Program-made: the position numbers and the translations under genes
Part shown: positions 49,809 through 60,346 of the stretch, piece after piece
How positions within the stretch are numbered: the stretch's first letter is position 1
Layout of the letters: every line of letters begins with the position of its first letter
Origin: an uncultured Verrucomicrobiae bacterium
Lineage (GTDB): Bacteria; Verrucomicrobiota; Verrucomicrobiia; Limisphaerales; JAFGQR01
DNA length: 64,000 nucleotides
Assembly (NCBI GenBank): GCA_963788655.1
Contig: CAWBHS010000090.1
Location: forward strand, 64,001 to 128,000
Direction: 5' to 3'
The notes under the pieces: model-generated
Databases searched by the model: none
The model's input: only the letters and a program-made list of their open reading frames with translations
What the model was told of the DNA's origin: nothing

Positions 49809-49830
49809 AAATGTGACCGCGATCGCATTT
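49809..49830. promoter_or_regulatory. CRP-family binding site upstream of minCDE
   Basis: AAATGTGA-CCGCGA-TCGCATTT versus consensus AAATGTGA-N6-TCACATTT (1 mismatch). Confidence 0.6.
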
Positions 49831-49945
49831 TGTTTTTTGTTCCGTGAATCACCCCGCGGCCACTTGAGTCAAGCCCCCTACATCACGCTACCATACACGT
49901 CCAACATGGGAAGCAACCGCACACACTTCGAATGCGCATACGGAC

Positions 49946-50665
49946 ATGACTGCTGATTCTGCCGCTGCGCGCAATCCCACTGCTTCCTTTCAGCTCAAAG
50001 GCGGAATGATTACCGTCACGGCGCTGAACGTCCTCCAGGACGACCTTGAACGATTCGCCAAAGAATTGGCCGCCAAGGTGCGCAAGAATCCAGGATTCTT
50101 TCAAGGCATGCCTGTGGTAATCGACCTGCAGGCGATGAAGAGCTGCGCCGAAGACGTCGACATTCCGCGGATCGCACTCTTGCTCGGAGACCAGGGCATG
50201 ATTCCCCTCGGCGTGCGCAACTGTTCCGAAGCGCAACGGCAGGTAGCCCAGGATTTCGGCCTGGCATTGTTGCCCGATACCGAAGGCGCCCGGCCAGCAC
50301 GCAGCAACCCCGAACCGCAAACCACACAACCCAAGGTGGCGACCACCAGGGTAATCAGCCAACCGGTGCGTTCCGGCCAACAGATCTACGCCGAGGGCGG
50401 CGACCTGATCGTGTTGTCGTCAGTCAGCCCTGGCGCCGAAATCCTCGCCGACGGCCATATCCATGTCTACGGGAGCTTGCACGGTCGCGCACTGGCGGGC
50501 ATCCAAGGCGATAGCGAAGCACGCATCTTCTGCCGCAAGCTGTTTGCCGAACTGATCTCCATTGCCGGCACCTATCGCGTTTACGAAGACATGGACTCCA
50601 AACTGCGCGGCCAAGCCGTGCAGATTTATCTGCAGCAACAGCAGTTGTTGACCGAACCCCTTTAA
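49946..50665 (+). CDS. minC: Septum site-determining protein MinC
   Basis: FQLKG, PGFF...PVVID and VRSGQQIYA..GDL..VSPGAE..ADG.IHVYG.L.GRALAG motifs. Confidence 0.96.
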   Translation: MTADSAAARNPTASFQLKGGMITVTALNVLQDDLERFAKELAAKVRKNPGFFQGMPVVIDLQAMKSCAEDVDIPRIALLLGDQGMIPLGVRNCSEAQRQVAQDFGLALLPDTEGARPARSNPEPQTTQPKVATTRVISQPVRSGQQIYAEGGDLIVLSSVSPGAEILADGHIHVYGSLHGRALAGIQGDSEARIFCRKLFAELISIAGTYRVYEDMDSKLRGQAVQIYLQQQQLLTEPL

Positions 50666-50703
50666 CCATTCGACCGGCCCCAACGCCGGAGAGGTGAATT
50701 ATC

Positions 50704-51510
50704 GTGACCAAAGTTGTCGTCGTGACATCAGGCAAGGGTGGCGTGGGCAAAACCACCACCAGCGCCGCGCTCGGCGCCGGGCTCGCGCTCAAAGGACACA
50801 AAACCGCGGTAATCGATTTTGATATCGGACTGCGTAATCTGGATTTGGTAATGGGCTGCGAACGCCGCGTCGTCTACGATTTCGTGAACGTGATCCAGGG
50901 CGACGCCAAGTTGCACCAGGCGCTGATCCGAGTAAAAGGCGCTGACAATCTCTACGTGCTGCCCGCCTCCCAGACCCGAGACAAAGACGCGTTGACGACC
51001 GAAGGCGTAGAGAAGGTCATCGATGAGTTGAAGGAAAGCTTCGACTACGTGGTTTGCGATTCACCTGCCGGCATCGAACGAGGCGCGCATCAGGCGATGT
51101 ATTTCGCCGACGAAGCAATCGTCGTCACCAATCCGGAAGTATCCTCGGTTCGCGACTCCGACCGCATGCTCGGCCTGCTGGCGAGTAAATCCCGCCGCGC
51201 CGAGCAGGGCGAACAAGTCAAAGAACACTTGCTGCTGACCCGATACGCACCCAAGCGCGTCGCCCAGGGCGAAATGTTGAGCGTCGACGACGTCAGCGAA
51301 CTGCTCGACATCCCCTTGCTGGGCGTCATCCCGGAATCCCAGGCGGTGCTGTTCGCCTCAAACCGTGGCGTGCCGGTGGTCATGGACGAAAAATCCGACG
51401 CCGCCCAAGCCTACATGGACGCGGTCGGGCGTTTTCTCGGCGAAGACTTACCGCACCGCTTTCTGCAGGAACAAAAGAAGGGCCTGCTTGGCCGCTTGTT
51501 CGGGAGCTGA
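50704..51510 (+). CDS. minD: Septum site-determining ATPase MinD
   Basis: TSGKGGVGKTT, DIGLRNLD and DSPAGIE motifs; C-terminal KKGLLGRLFG. Confidence 0.98.
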   Translation: MTKVVVVTSGKGGVGKTTTSAALGAGLALKGHKTAVIDFDIGLRNLDLVMGCERRVVYDFVNVIQGDAKLHQALIRVKGADNLYVLPASQTRDKDALTTEGVEKVIDELKESFDYVVCDSPAGIERGAHQAMYFADEAIVVTNPEVSSVRDSDRMLGLLASKSRRAEQGEQVKEHLLLTRYAPKRVAQGEMLSVDDVSELLDIPLLGVIPESQAVLFASNRGVPVVMDEKSDAAQAYMDAVGRFLGEDLPHRFLQEQKKGLLGRLFGS

Positions 51511-51512
51511 AA

Positions 51513-51761
51513 ATGAGATTATTCGAACGATTTCGCGCGGGCCGCAACCGCAGCGCTGCCCAGGCAAAGGAACGCTTGCAGGTCATCATCGCCCATAGCC
51601 GCGCCGAACGGGACGGGCCCGACTATCTGCCGCGTTTGAAGCAGGAACTTCTGGACGTGATCAAGAAATACGTCCAGGTGAGCCAGGAAGACGTCAAAGT
51701 AAACGTGGAACACGAAGGCGGCTATGAGATTTTGGAGCTCAATATTACGCTGCCGAAATAG
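51513..51761 (+). CDS. minE: Cell division topological specificity factor MinE
   Basis: SA..AKERLQ.IIAH..YLP.L..ELL.VI.KYV..LELNITLP. Confidence 0.97.
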   Translation: MRLFERFRAGRNRSAAQAKERLQVIIAHSRAERDGPDYLPRLKQELLDVIKKYVQVSQEDVKVNVEHEGGYEILELNITLPK

Positions 51762-51806
51762 GGACACGGCATTCCCGAATGTCCGCGCGCAGTAAGCGGA
51801 TGGATT

Positions 51807-52172
51807 TCAGGGTGCGTCGACCACCTCCAGGCGCTCGACATCGGCCAATGTGATCGAACGCCCGTCGATGGTTTCGAAGCTACGACCGTGGACGGCGTCC
51901 CGATAGACCGAATAGGTACTGACATCGCCGGTCCGCGTGTCGATCACACGGGCGATGTAGACCCGGTGCTCGTCCTGCCACTGCACCCAGAACATACCCG
52001 CACTCACCAGCAACGCTGCCAACAGCAGACCTGCGGGCAGCAAACGCCAATACCATGCAGGCGGCGCTTGCGGCTGCGGTCGCGCACTTGCGCCGCCAGC
52101 CGCGGAGCGCCGGCGTAGATACAATACCGCGGCGATGATGATCAGCGCCGTCAAAAGAAACTTAGTAATCAT
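51807..52172 (-). CDS. Hypothetical 2-TM membrane protein
   Basis: Two hydrophobic segments; C-terminal beta domain FETIDGRSITLADVERLE. Confidence 0.75.
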   Translation of the reverse strand: MITKFLLTALIIIAAVLYLRRRSAAGGASARPQPQAPPAWYWRLLPAGLLLAALLVSAGMFWVQWQDEHRVYIARVIDTRTGDVSTYSVYRDAVHGRSFETIDGRSITLADVERLEVVDAP

Positions 52173-52321
52173 ATGGGGACGCAGCCTACCGGAATCCGCG
52201 CCCGTCGGGTAGCGCAGGCGTACCAGCGCTGGGCCAAGTTTGGATTTCGCCGCCGATCGGAAGTACGTGTGAGGGAATCGCGCCGGGGACTGGTGCGCAA
52301 CCGTTGCGCATCGGGCAACCG

Positions 52322-52708
52322 TTATCCGTATTGCTGCTCCAGGTAACGGATGATTTCGCGAGATTCATATAGCCAGGTGGCGTTGCCGTCGGCCCGGTCG
52401 ATTTTCAAGCATGGTACTTTCGCCACGCCGCCGCCGCGCACCAACTGTTGACGATGCTCGGGATTCTTTTGCGCGTCACGGGTCTCGATGTTCAAAGACA
52501 TCTTGTTGATCGAGCGCCGCACTTTCATGCAGAACGGGCAGGTGCGGAATTGATATAGCGTGAGATGGCTTGTCTGCGCATCCAGCCGCTGTTGCTCTTC
52601 GGCGGAACGCACAACGCCCTTGGGTGTACTGACTTTTTCCCACAACAGCATGAATGGGCCCAAAATAGCCCGGACCACCTTGAAAAAGGATCGGATCAAC
52701 CAGCGCAT
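52322..52708 (-). CDS. Glutaredoxin / GST-N-domain protein
   Basis: LYQFRTCPFCMKVR and KVPCL..WLYES motifs. Confidence 0.9.
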   Translation of the reverse strand: MRWLIRSFFKVVRAILGPFMLLWEKVSTPKGVVRSAEEQQRLDAQTSHLTLYQFRTCPFCMKVRRSINKMSLNIETRDAQKNPEHRQQLVRGGGVAKVPCLKIDRADGNATWLYESREIIRYLEQQYG

Positions 52709-53000
52709 TGGATTTTTTACCGCGGAGTCTGCGACATCAGTGCTTGCAGCATGCTAACGGTTTACGCTGCAGGCGTCTACTCGGTGACCGCAGCGGCGAC
52801 CTTACGCAAGCGCCGGCGACGCCCTGCATCTATCGCGTGAAAGCGCCACGGCGGGCCTTCCGCGACCATGTCTTCCCGGGATTTTCGCGCTTCGCGGACC
52901 CTGAAAGGCACTGGTTATGCAAAATGGTTGCATTGTGTTTCACAGTGTCGCGCGCGCACGGCGAGCGTTTTATTGACACGGCGACCGCCAACCCGAAGTG

Positions 53001-53720
53001 TCAATCATCGAGTTCGGGGTAATGACGAAAGATCCCCTCATTGTTGAAAGGCAGACGCCGCGATGACGTCAGATATTCGGCAATACGCGGGCGCGCAGCG
53101 ACGCGATCGTGCAGCGCCAACAGCCCGGGTATGTCGTTGCGCAATCGTTGCATCATGTGCGGAAACGCGTATTGCAGGCCGGCGACGATCTGGAACATCG
53201 ACAGGTCCACGTAGGACAAGCTGCGACCGACCATCCATCCGCGGCCGGCGTTCTGGTGCGCCAATACGCGTTCGAAATAACACAACAGTTCGGGCGCGCG
53301 CTCGCTGCTGAAAAACCGCGCCCGCCGGCGCGACTCGGGTTTCTGATCGCGATAGTAGAGGGTACTGGCCACCGGATGATGGGTATCGTGTACGTCAACG
53401 ATGAAATCCTCCACGGTCAATTGCAGTTGGTGCGCCCACAGTCGGCCGCTCTCGGACTCTGGCGCCAACCCGAGCCGCGACCCGAGGTAAAAAAGTATGT
53501 TCGCAGTCTGCGCGACAATCAGCTTGCCGGCGCGAAGGAACGGCGGCGCGAACGGCGGCCGGGCAAGCGACGGTTCTTCCATCAAAGCCGTCATCGCCGC
53601 CATGCCCGCGCCCGATTCCCGGGCGATATCGAGGTAGTCGGCGTCCGCCGCCTCCAGGGCCAGGCGTACGAATTCCCCCCGCCCCTGAATGGTCGGCCAG
53701 TAGAAGAGTTCGTAGCGCAT
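53001..53720 (-). CDS. Glutathione S-transferase
   Basis: YWPTIQGRGEFVRL, FAPPFL, QTANIL and SYVDLS motifs. Confidence 0.92.
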   Translation of the reverse strand: MRYELFYWPTIQGRGEFVRLALEAADADYLDIARESGAGMAAMTALMEEPSLARPPFAPPFLRAGKLIVAQTANILFYLGSRLGLAPESESGRLWAHQLQLTVEDFIVDVHDTHHPVASTLYYRDQKPESRRRARFFSSERAPELLCYFERVLAHQNAGRGWMVGRSLSYVDLSMFQIVAGLQYAFPHMMQRLRNDIPGLLALHDRVAARPRIAEYLTSSRRLPFNNEGIFRHYPELDD

Positions 53721-53783
53721 GGCGAAGCCTCGCGGGCAAGGGCGCCGCCCACAGCAAGGCCGGCGGCGCTTATTGGCGGACGG

Positions 53784-54704
53784 CTAGAAGTTTTCCTGCT
53801 CCACTTCGAGATAGGTGCGGGATATGTTGCCGCCCATCATTTCATCGAAATACGGCAGCTTGCGCCAGGCGGTCAAATCCAACCGCTCACGGATCTCATA
53901 GGGTTGCAGGCCTTGTTTGAAGCCGGACTCGATACCGTCATACAGCGCCGCCATGCGCGCGTGCATTGCCGCCGCGTCGGCGGGTGTCATCAACGGTCCG
54001 TGGCCAGGCACGATGGTGTCGACTTCAGTCCGGCTGATTTCGGCCAGCGTCGCCACCCAGGTTTTGACATGACCGTCGCGAAAGTTCGGCATCATGCGAT
54101 GTACCAGGATATCCCCCGCAATCAACACCCGGTCTTCGGGCAACAGCACCATGAGATCGCCCGGCGTGTGCGAGCCGCCTGGCGTCCATAGCACCATATC
54201 CACCCCGTCTAGTTGCACCGGCACACGGCTTCCCTGTGTGAACGTGCGGGTGGCGGGTAGCGCATGGGTATTAGGAAATTGCATGTCGGTCAGCTGTTCC
54301 ACCAGGGAAATCCACTCCTGTTCCGTAGCCAGCACCAGTTCCCGGCATTTTTCGCTGCTGATGATCTGCGCTTGGGGAAACGCGCTGTTGCCGAGGTGAT
54401 GGTCGCCGTGGTGGTGCGTGTTGATGACATGCAGAACCGGTTTGTCGGTGATGCGTGCGACAGCGGCGCGCAAATGCCTGCCGATGGCGTCTGTAAAGCC
54501 GGTATCCACCACGATCGCGCTGTGCTCACCGATGATCAACACACTATTGACCATGTACCCTTGATTCTCCGGAGAAGGCACGCCAACCGGCCCCAGGAGG
54601 GCATACACCCGTTCGTTGATTTTCCGGACCTGCGGCGCCGGCAGATCCGCAACCGCCGTCAGGCACCAAAGCGCCGACAGGAACAGGATGACGATTCGTT
54701 GCAT
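53784..54704 (-). CDS. Periplasmic MBL-fold metallohydrolase (SoxH-like)
   Basis: Signal peptide; THHHGDHHLGN, SHTPGD, AGD and PGHG motifs; ends YLEVEQENF. Confidence 0.85.
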   Translation of the reverse strand: MQRIVILFLSALWCLTAVADLPAPQVRKINERVYALLGPVGVPSPENQGYMVNSVLIIGEHSAIVVDTGFTDAIGRHLRAAVARITDKPVLHVINTHHHGDHHLGNSAFPQAQIISSEKCRELVLATEQEWISLVEQLTDMQFPNTHALPATRTFTQGSRVPVQLDGVDMVLWTPGGSHTPGDLMVLLPEDRVLIAGDILVHRMMPNFRDGHVKTWVATLAEISRTEVDTIVPGHGPLMTPADAAAMHARMAALYDGIESGFKQGLQPYEIRERLDLTAWRKLPYFDEMMGGNISRTYLEVEQENF

Positions 54705-54869
54705 CTCACACCTCCGATTTACACCTAAGCTGAAATGCTAGCCCAAGTCGCGGCGAAATTGCAGGTGAGGCACCAGTCTTGGCGCTCCGATCCGCGCGGC
54801 CCGGCGCTGCAACCGGAGAATCACGACGCCTTGTTGTATAGTATCGAGCCGCACTCATTCGTCGAACTC

Positions 54870-55604
54870 ATGTTGCACCTGGAACCGTTACAGATCGCCT
54901 TCGTCGTCGCGCTGTTCGTGTGGACGGGCTTTGTGCGCAGCGGCCTGGGCTTCGGCGGTGCCGCATTGGGGCTGCCGTTGCTGCTGCTGATCGATGGCCG
55001 GCCGCTGCTGTGGTTGCCGATCATCGGCGCTCACCTGCTGTTCTTCTCAGCCTTAACTCTGCGCACCCGCATCCACAACGTGCATTGGCGCTATCTGCGC
55101 CGCTCCGCTGTCTACGTCATTCCCGGGGCAATAGTGGGCGTACTCGGTCTGATCAATCTGCCTACCCGCTGGCTGCTGCTGTTCATCTATTCCATCACTT
55201 TGTTCTACGCCGTGATCTGGTTGATGAACTGGGCCATCTACAGCGAACGTAACTGGGTGGACAAGATCCTGCTGGTGCTGGGCGGCTACATTGCCGGCAC
55301 TTCTTTGAGCGGTGCGCCGCTGATGGTCGCGGTCTACATGCGCAACGTGCCGCTGGCTCAGCTGCGCAACACGTTATTCGTGTTGTGGTTCATCCTGGTC
55401 AGCATCAAGATGAGCACCTTCGTTGCGTTCGGCATCGACTTGCATCTCCTGACCGCGGTCGCCCTGCTTCCGGTGGCCGCCATCGGTCATGTGCTGGGCC
55501 TGCGTGTGCACGATTCGATCATGACCAACCAGCGTGTCTTCCAGCGCTGGATCGGCGCCGGCCTCATGGTCGTCTGCCTGCTGGGCTTGGCAAAGCTATG
55601 GTAA
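54870..55604 (+). CDS. TauE/SafE sulfite-exporter family membrane protein
   Basis: GFVRSGLGFGGA and G..GAP motifs; about 8 TM. Confidence 0.85.
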   Translation: MLHLEPLQIAFVVALFVWTGFVRSGLGFGGAALGLPLLLLIDGRPLLWLPIIGAHLLFFSALTLRTRIHNVHWRYLRRSAVYVIPGAIVGVLGLINLPTRWLLLFIYSITLFYAVIWLMNWAIYSERNWVDKILLVLGGYIAGTSLSGAPLMVAVYMRNVPLAQLRNTLFVLWFILVSIKMSTFVAFGIDLHLLTAVALLPVAAIGHVLGLRVHDSIMTNQRVFQRWIGAGLMVVCLLGLAKLW

Positions 55605-55626
55605 GGCCTCGTCGGCGCCCGGCTCC

Positions 55627-58158
55627 TCAACTGGCGATGCCGCCGTGGAGCGCCCGCTTGTCAATCATATTGACCTTGACCGGCTCCGCCTTCCAGATTT
55701 CACGGCAGTATTCGCCGATGGTCCGGTCGGATGAAAACGGTCCGCTGCGGGCGGTATTGAGAATGGACATCCGGCTCCATTGCTCCTTGTCGCAATAGGC
55801 TTGCCCCACCCGCTCCTGGCAGTCGACATAGGACTGGAAGTCTGCCAGTAACATATACGGATCGTGGTGCAGCAAGTCGTCGACGATGGGACGAAACAGT
55901 CCGCTGTCGCCGTGGGAGAAGCTGCCGTCGAGCAGCAGCGCAATAATCGCTTGTAACTCCGGACTGCTTCGATAGACATCCTGCGGTGAATATCCCTGGG
56001 CGCGCAGGGTCTGCACTTCCGGGGCGGTCAAGCCGAACAAAAAGAAGTTATCCGCGCCGACCTGATCACGAATCTCGACGTTGGCGCCATCCAGGGTGCC
56101 GATGGTCAGCGCACCGTTCATGCAAAACTTCATATTGCCGGTGCCCGAGGCTTCCTTGCCGGCTGTGGAAATTTGCTCCGACAACTCCGCTGCCGGATAG
56201 ATTCGCTGCCCGTTGCTGACGTTGAAGTTCGGCAGAAACACGACCTTGATCTGGTCCCGCAGTCCGGGATCATGATTCACCACTTCGCCCACCCCGTTGA
56301 TGAGCGCAATGATGAGCTTGGCCATACGATATCCTGGCGCGGCCTTGCCACCGAATATAAACGTGCGCGGAGCGATGTCCAACTTCGGATCGTTCTTCAA
56401 TCGCAGGTACAGGGCGATGATGTGCAGCACGTTGAGGTGCTGGCGCTTGTATTCATGGATACGCTTCACCTGCACATCGAACAAACTGCCTGGATCGACC
56501 TTGGTTCCGGTGCGTCGACGCAGAAAGGAAGCGAAGTTTTCCTTTACGTTGCGTTTGACGAAGCGCCATTCGCGGCGGAAAGAGGCATCTTCGGCGTAGG
56601 GTTCCAGCAGTTGAAGCTGATCGAGATCCTTCACCCAGCCGTCGCCAATGGTTCGGTTCAGCAGCGAACTCAGCCCCGGGTTGGAGAGCGCCAACCAGCG
56701 CCGCGGTGTGACCCCGTTGGTCTTGCTGCTGAACTTTTCCGGCCACATGACGTGGAAGTCGGACAATACGTCCTGCTGCAGCAGCTCCGTGTGCAACGCC
56801 GCAACGCCGTTGATCGCGTAACTGCCGATACACGCCAGGTTCGCCATGCGTACGTAACGCTCTCCGTCCTCGTTGATCAGCGACATGCGCGCCAGGCGAG
56901 CGTGATCGCCGAGAAAGCGTGTGCGCACTTGGTCGAGAAAACGACTGTTGAGCTCGAAAATGATCTCCAGGTGCCGGGGCAATACGCGCTTGAACAACTC
57001 CAGCGGCCATTCCTCCAGTGCCTCGGGCAACAGCGTGTGATTTGTATAGCCGATGGCATTGCGGGTGACGTGCCAGGCTTCGTCCCATGCCATATGGTTC
57101 TCGTCCACCAACAGACGCATCAGTTCCGCCACGGCAATCGCCGGATGGGTGTCATTGAGTTGGACCGCGAACTTTTCGTGGAATCGATCCAAGGGAACCC
57201 GCTGAATGTGCATGATCCGCAGCATGTCCTGCAGCGAACATGAAACGAAGAAGTATTGCTGTTGCAGCCGCAATTCCTTGCCCTGCACCTGCTCGTCGCT
57301 CGGATAAAGCACCTTGGTGATATTTTCCGACACCACCTTCTGGTTCACCGCACCCCAGTAATCGCCGCGGTTGAAGGTGGAAAGGTCGAACGACTCCGGT
57401 GCCTCGGCGCGCCAAAGGCGCAGCGTGTTCGCGGTGTTGTTGCGGTATCCGAGTATGGGCGTGTCGTAGGGTATTCCGTTCACGATCCAGGCCGGCTGCC
57501 AATGGGCACGATGGCAGCCGTCGCCATCGGTATAGTGCTGCACCCGGCCGCCGAGTTTCACCGCCGCGGCCCACTCGGGACGCGGAATCTCCCATGGGTT
57601 GCCGCGACTCAACCATTTGTCGGTGCGTTCGACTTGTTCGCCGGCGACGATGTCCTGGGCGAAGATGCCGAACTCGTAGCGAATGCCGTACCCGATCGCA
57701 GGAATCTCCAATGTGGCCAGAGAGTCGAGGAAGCACGCCGCCAGCCGCCCCAGGCCGCCGTTTCCCAATCCCGGTTCCGGCTCCTGACCCAGCAGTTCAT
57801 GCAGACTGAATCCGAGTTCGCGCACGGTTTCGCGGACCGGCTCGTGGATGCCCAGGTTGAGCAGGTTATTGCCCAGGTGCGGGCCGAGCAGGAACTCGGC
57901 CGACAAATACGCCACGGTACGCGACTGCAACCGGGTATAGGTTTCCGCAGTGCTGATCCAGCGCTCCAACAGGCGGTCACGCACCGTATAGGCAAGCGCC
58001 ATGTAGTAATCGTTCATGGTCGCAAGGCCAGGAAACTTGCCTTGGACATAGAACAAGTTATCCAACAGGGTCTTCTTGAGCGCCTCCTTGTCGAGGCTGG
58101 TGCGGTCATCGCCTGCGGGCGGTGGCGGGGTGAGAGGCACGATGTTGGCTTCGGTCAT
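55627..58158 (-). CDS. glgP: Glycogen/maltodextrin phosphorylase
   Basis: LGNGGLGRLAACF, QLNDTHP, KRIHEYKRQ and EASGTGNMKF (PLP Lys) motifs. Confidence 0.97.
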   Translation of the reverse strand: MTEANIVPLTPPPPAGDDRTSLDKEALKKTLLDNLFYVQGKFPGLATMNDYYMALAYTVRDRLLERWISTAETYTRLQSRTVAYLSAEFLLGPHLGNNLLNLGIHEPVRETVRELGFSLHELLGQEPEPGLGNGGLGRLAACFLDSLATLEIPAIGYGIRYEFGIFAQDIVAGEQVERTDKWLSRGNPWEIPRPEWAAAVKLGGRVQHYTDGDGCHRAHWQPAWIVNGIPYDTPILGYRNNTANTLRLWRAEAPESFDLSTFNRGDYWGAVNQKVVSENITKVLYPSDEQVQGKELRLQQQYFFVSCSLQDMLRIMHIQRVPLDRFHEKFAVQLNDTHPAIAVAELMRLLVDENHMAWDEAWHVTRNAIGYTNHTLLPEALEEWPLELFKRVLPRHLEIIFELNSRFLDQVRTRFLGDHARLARMSLINEDGERYVRMANLACIGSYAINGVAALHTELLQQDVLSDFHVMWPEKFSSKTNGVTPRRWLALSNPGLSSLLNRTIGDGWVKDLDQLQLLEPYAEDASFRREWRFVKRNVKENFASFLRRRTGTKVDPGSLFDVQVKRIHEYKRQHLNVLHIIALYLRLKNDPKLDIAPRTFIFGGKAAPGYRMAKLIIALINGVGEVVNHDPGLRDQIKVVFLPNFNVSNGQRIYPAAELSEQISTAGKEASGTGNMKFCMNGALTIGTLDGANVEIRDQVGADNFFLFGLTAPEVQTLRAQGYSPQDVYRSSPELQAIIALLLDGSFSHGDSGLFRPIVDDLLHHDPYMLLADFQSYVDCQERVGQAYCDKEQWSRMSILNTARSGPFSSDRTIGEYCREIWKAEPVKVNMIDKRALHGGIAS

Positions 58159-58609
58159 GGCGAACGGACACTCGTATTAAGCTGTGCTCGATATCGAGCA
58201 AGATCGGTGCCGACTGGGACACCGGCGGCGAACCAAAACAGTCCGTCAAATCATAAACATGGGGATCACGACCCAGACCTGTAGCGACAATTTACACGCC
58301 GCCCGGGAGGCCGATTGGTGCATTCGGGTTTCGACGTGCACTGAATTGGGACATTGCAGCATGGAACGCGAGGACCGACCGGTCAACGACAGCATACGCC
58401 CATTGAACCCGCGCCGCACGGATGCCGGCACCGGCGTAACCGAGCATCATGGTCCTCGGGCAGTATCGGCTGTCCGGGCAATCGCGTGCAGACGTCAATC
58501 CGCGGCTGTACAGCCGGCTCCGGAGCCGGGCCCACTGATGCTATGGTGTGTACCCTGGCGCCGCCAAATCCGGTGTCGCGACAATCTTCTCACCGGCTTG
58601 CGATCACCC

Positions 58610-60238
58610 ATGCCCGATACCGCCTCCGACCGCGTCCGCGCGTACCACCAACGCAGCAAACATCATTTCCAGCGCTTCGCTCCCGGTCCCGGCGGCCTGG
58701 ACTGGCGCAATCAGCCCGACCCATTCCGTACCTTCAACGGCAGTCCGCGGTTGGAACTGCCGCTGCTCGCGCCGCCACCCGGACCGCTATACGTCGACCT
58801 GTACCGCCCCGCCACCATCGCCGCCCAGCCGTTTAACATGGCCAACCTGGCAGCCCTGCTCGAGTTGGCTTTCGGCATTTCGGCCTGGAAGCAATACGGT
58901 GAATCGCGCTGGGCGCTGCGTTGCAATCCCTCCAGCGGCAATCTCCACCCCACCGAAGCCTATGTAGTGCTGCCGGACGGGGACGGTTTCGCGGCGGGCT
59001 CCTATCACTATCTAAGCCGCGACCACGTGCTGGAGCAGCGCTGCCGTTACCCAACAAAGCAGGACTACGCTTCCGCACTACCGCCCGGCGCGTTTCTGGT
59101 CGGACTGTCCTCGATCCATTGGCGCGAGGCATGGAAATACGGGGAACGTGCTTATCGTTATTGCCAGCATGACGTCGGCCACGCGATCGCCGCACTGCGG
59201 TACGCCGCCGCTGCCCTCGGCTGGCGAGCGCAGTTGTTGCTCGAGTGGGCCGATGCCGAGGTCGGTAGTGTGCTGGGCACTGACCGCGATACCGATTTCG
59301 TCGGCGCCGAACGTGAACATCCGGACCTCATGTTGCTGGTGCAAACCCAACCACACACGCCGCTGTCGGGCGTGTTGGCCGAACTACTCCTGCAAGCGGC
59401 GGCAACCGGAGACTGGCTCGGAACCGCCAACGCGTTGTCGCCCGGCCACTCGCATCATTGGCCGATCATCGATCAGGTCGCCGCCGCCTGTGCCAAGCCG
59501 CGCACCGAGGAACTCTGCTGGCAGGCGCCACCGCTGCCGGCAGCCTTCGATAGCGATTGCGATGCAAGCGCCGCCACCATTATCAAACAACGCCGCAGCG
59601 CCCAGGCGCTGGACAGCATCACCTCGATCCCGGCCCAAACTCTTTATCGCCTGCTCGACTTGACGCTGCCACGCGGCATCGCGCCTTTCGACGTCATCAC
59701 GTGGCGCCCGCGGCTGCATCTGTTGCTATTCGTGCACCGCGTGGATGGACTGGCGCCCGGACTGTACTGGTTCCTGCGCCGCGCCCGGGACGAGTCGGAA
59801 CTGCGCGCGAATTGCTCGCCCGAATTCGAATGGACCCCCGTGCACGACTGCCCGAGCCACTTCCACCTCTACCGTCTGGCGACGGGCGACATGCGCGATG
59901 CCGCCCGGATTCTATCCTGTCAGCAGGACATCGCTGCCGACGGCGCCTTCAGCCTGGGCATGCTGGCGGAGTACGCTGGCTCCCTGGCGGCGGGACCGTG
60001 GGTCTACCCGCAATTGTTCTGGGAAGCAGGCGTGATCGGCCAGGTGTTATACCTGGAAGCCGAAGCGGCCGGCATCCGCGGTACCGGCATCGGTTGCTAT
60101 TTCGATGACGGCGTGCACGAAATCCTGGGACTCGAAAACCAAACTTTACAAAGCATGTACCACTTCACCGCCGGCGGCCCATTGATCGATGCCCGGTTGC
60201 AGACCTTGCCGCCTTACGCGCATCTGAATCGAACCTGA
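58610..60238 (+). CDS. SagB/ThcOx-family double-domain nitroreductase
   Basis: YHQRSKH..LDW.NQP, LRCNPSSGNLHPTE, WKYGERAYRYC, QRRSA and GTGIGCYFDD motifs. Confidence 0.9.
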   Translation: MPDTASDRVRAYHQRSKHHFQRFAPGPGGLDWRNQPDPFRTFNGSPRLELPLLAPPPGPLYVDLYRPATIAAQPFNMANLAALLELAFGISAWKQYGESRWALRCNPSSGNLHPTEAYVVLPDGDGFAAGSYHYLSRDHVLEQRCRYPTKQDYASALPPGAFLVGLSSIHWREAWKYGERAYRYCQHDVGHAIAALRYAAAALGWRAQLLLEWADAEVGSVLGTDRDTDFVGAEREHPDLMLLVQTQPHTPLSGVLAELLLQAAATGDWLGTANALSPGHSHHWPIIDQVAAACAKPRTEELCWQAPPLPAAFDSDCDASAATIIKQRRSAQALDSITSIPAQTLYRLLDLTLPRGIAPFDVITWRPRLHLLLFVHRVDGLAPGLYWFLRRARDESELRANCSPEFEWTPVHDCPSHFHLYRLATGDMRDAARILSCQQDIAADGAFSLGMLAEYAGSLAAGPWVYPQLFWEAGVIGQVLYLEAEAAGIRGTGIGCYFDDGVHEILGLENQTLQSMYHFTAGGPLIDARLQTLPPYAHLNRT

Positions 60239-60346
60239 GCTAATGAATCCCCGACCCCGCAAGGCCGCTTGGGCCCGCAACCACACCGCGCCGCGCGCTG
60301 CGCGCCGACGACGCAGTTGGGGCATCGATCGCGCTACGGTGTGGCC

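Noticed and set aside
58184..58609. N-terminal extensions in the ORF track (also 6186, 14848, 37552, 61950, 62618)
   Set aside because: The extensions are low-complexity, and family homology and RBSs begin at the downstream starts used here.
58610..60238. RiPP (azole) biosynthesis cluster around the SagB/ThcOx gene
   Set aside because: No YcaO, E1-like protein, precursor peptide or transporter nearby. Stand-alone double-domain forms are common.
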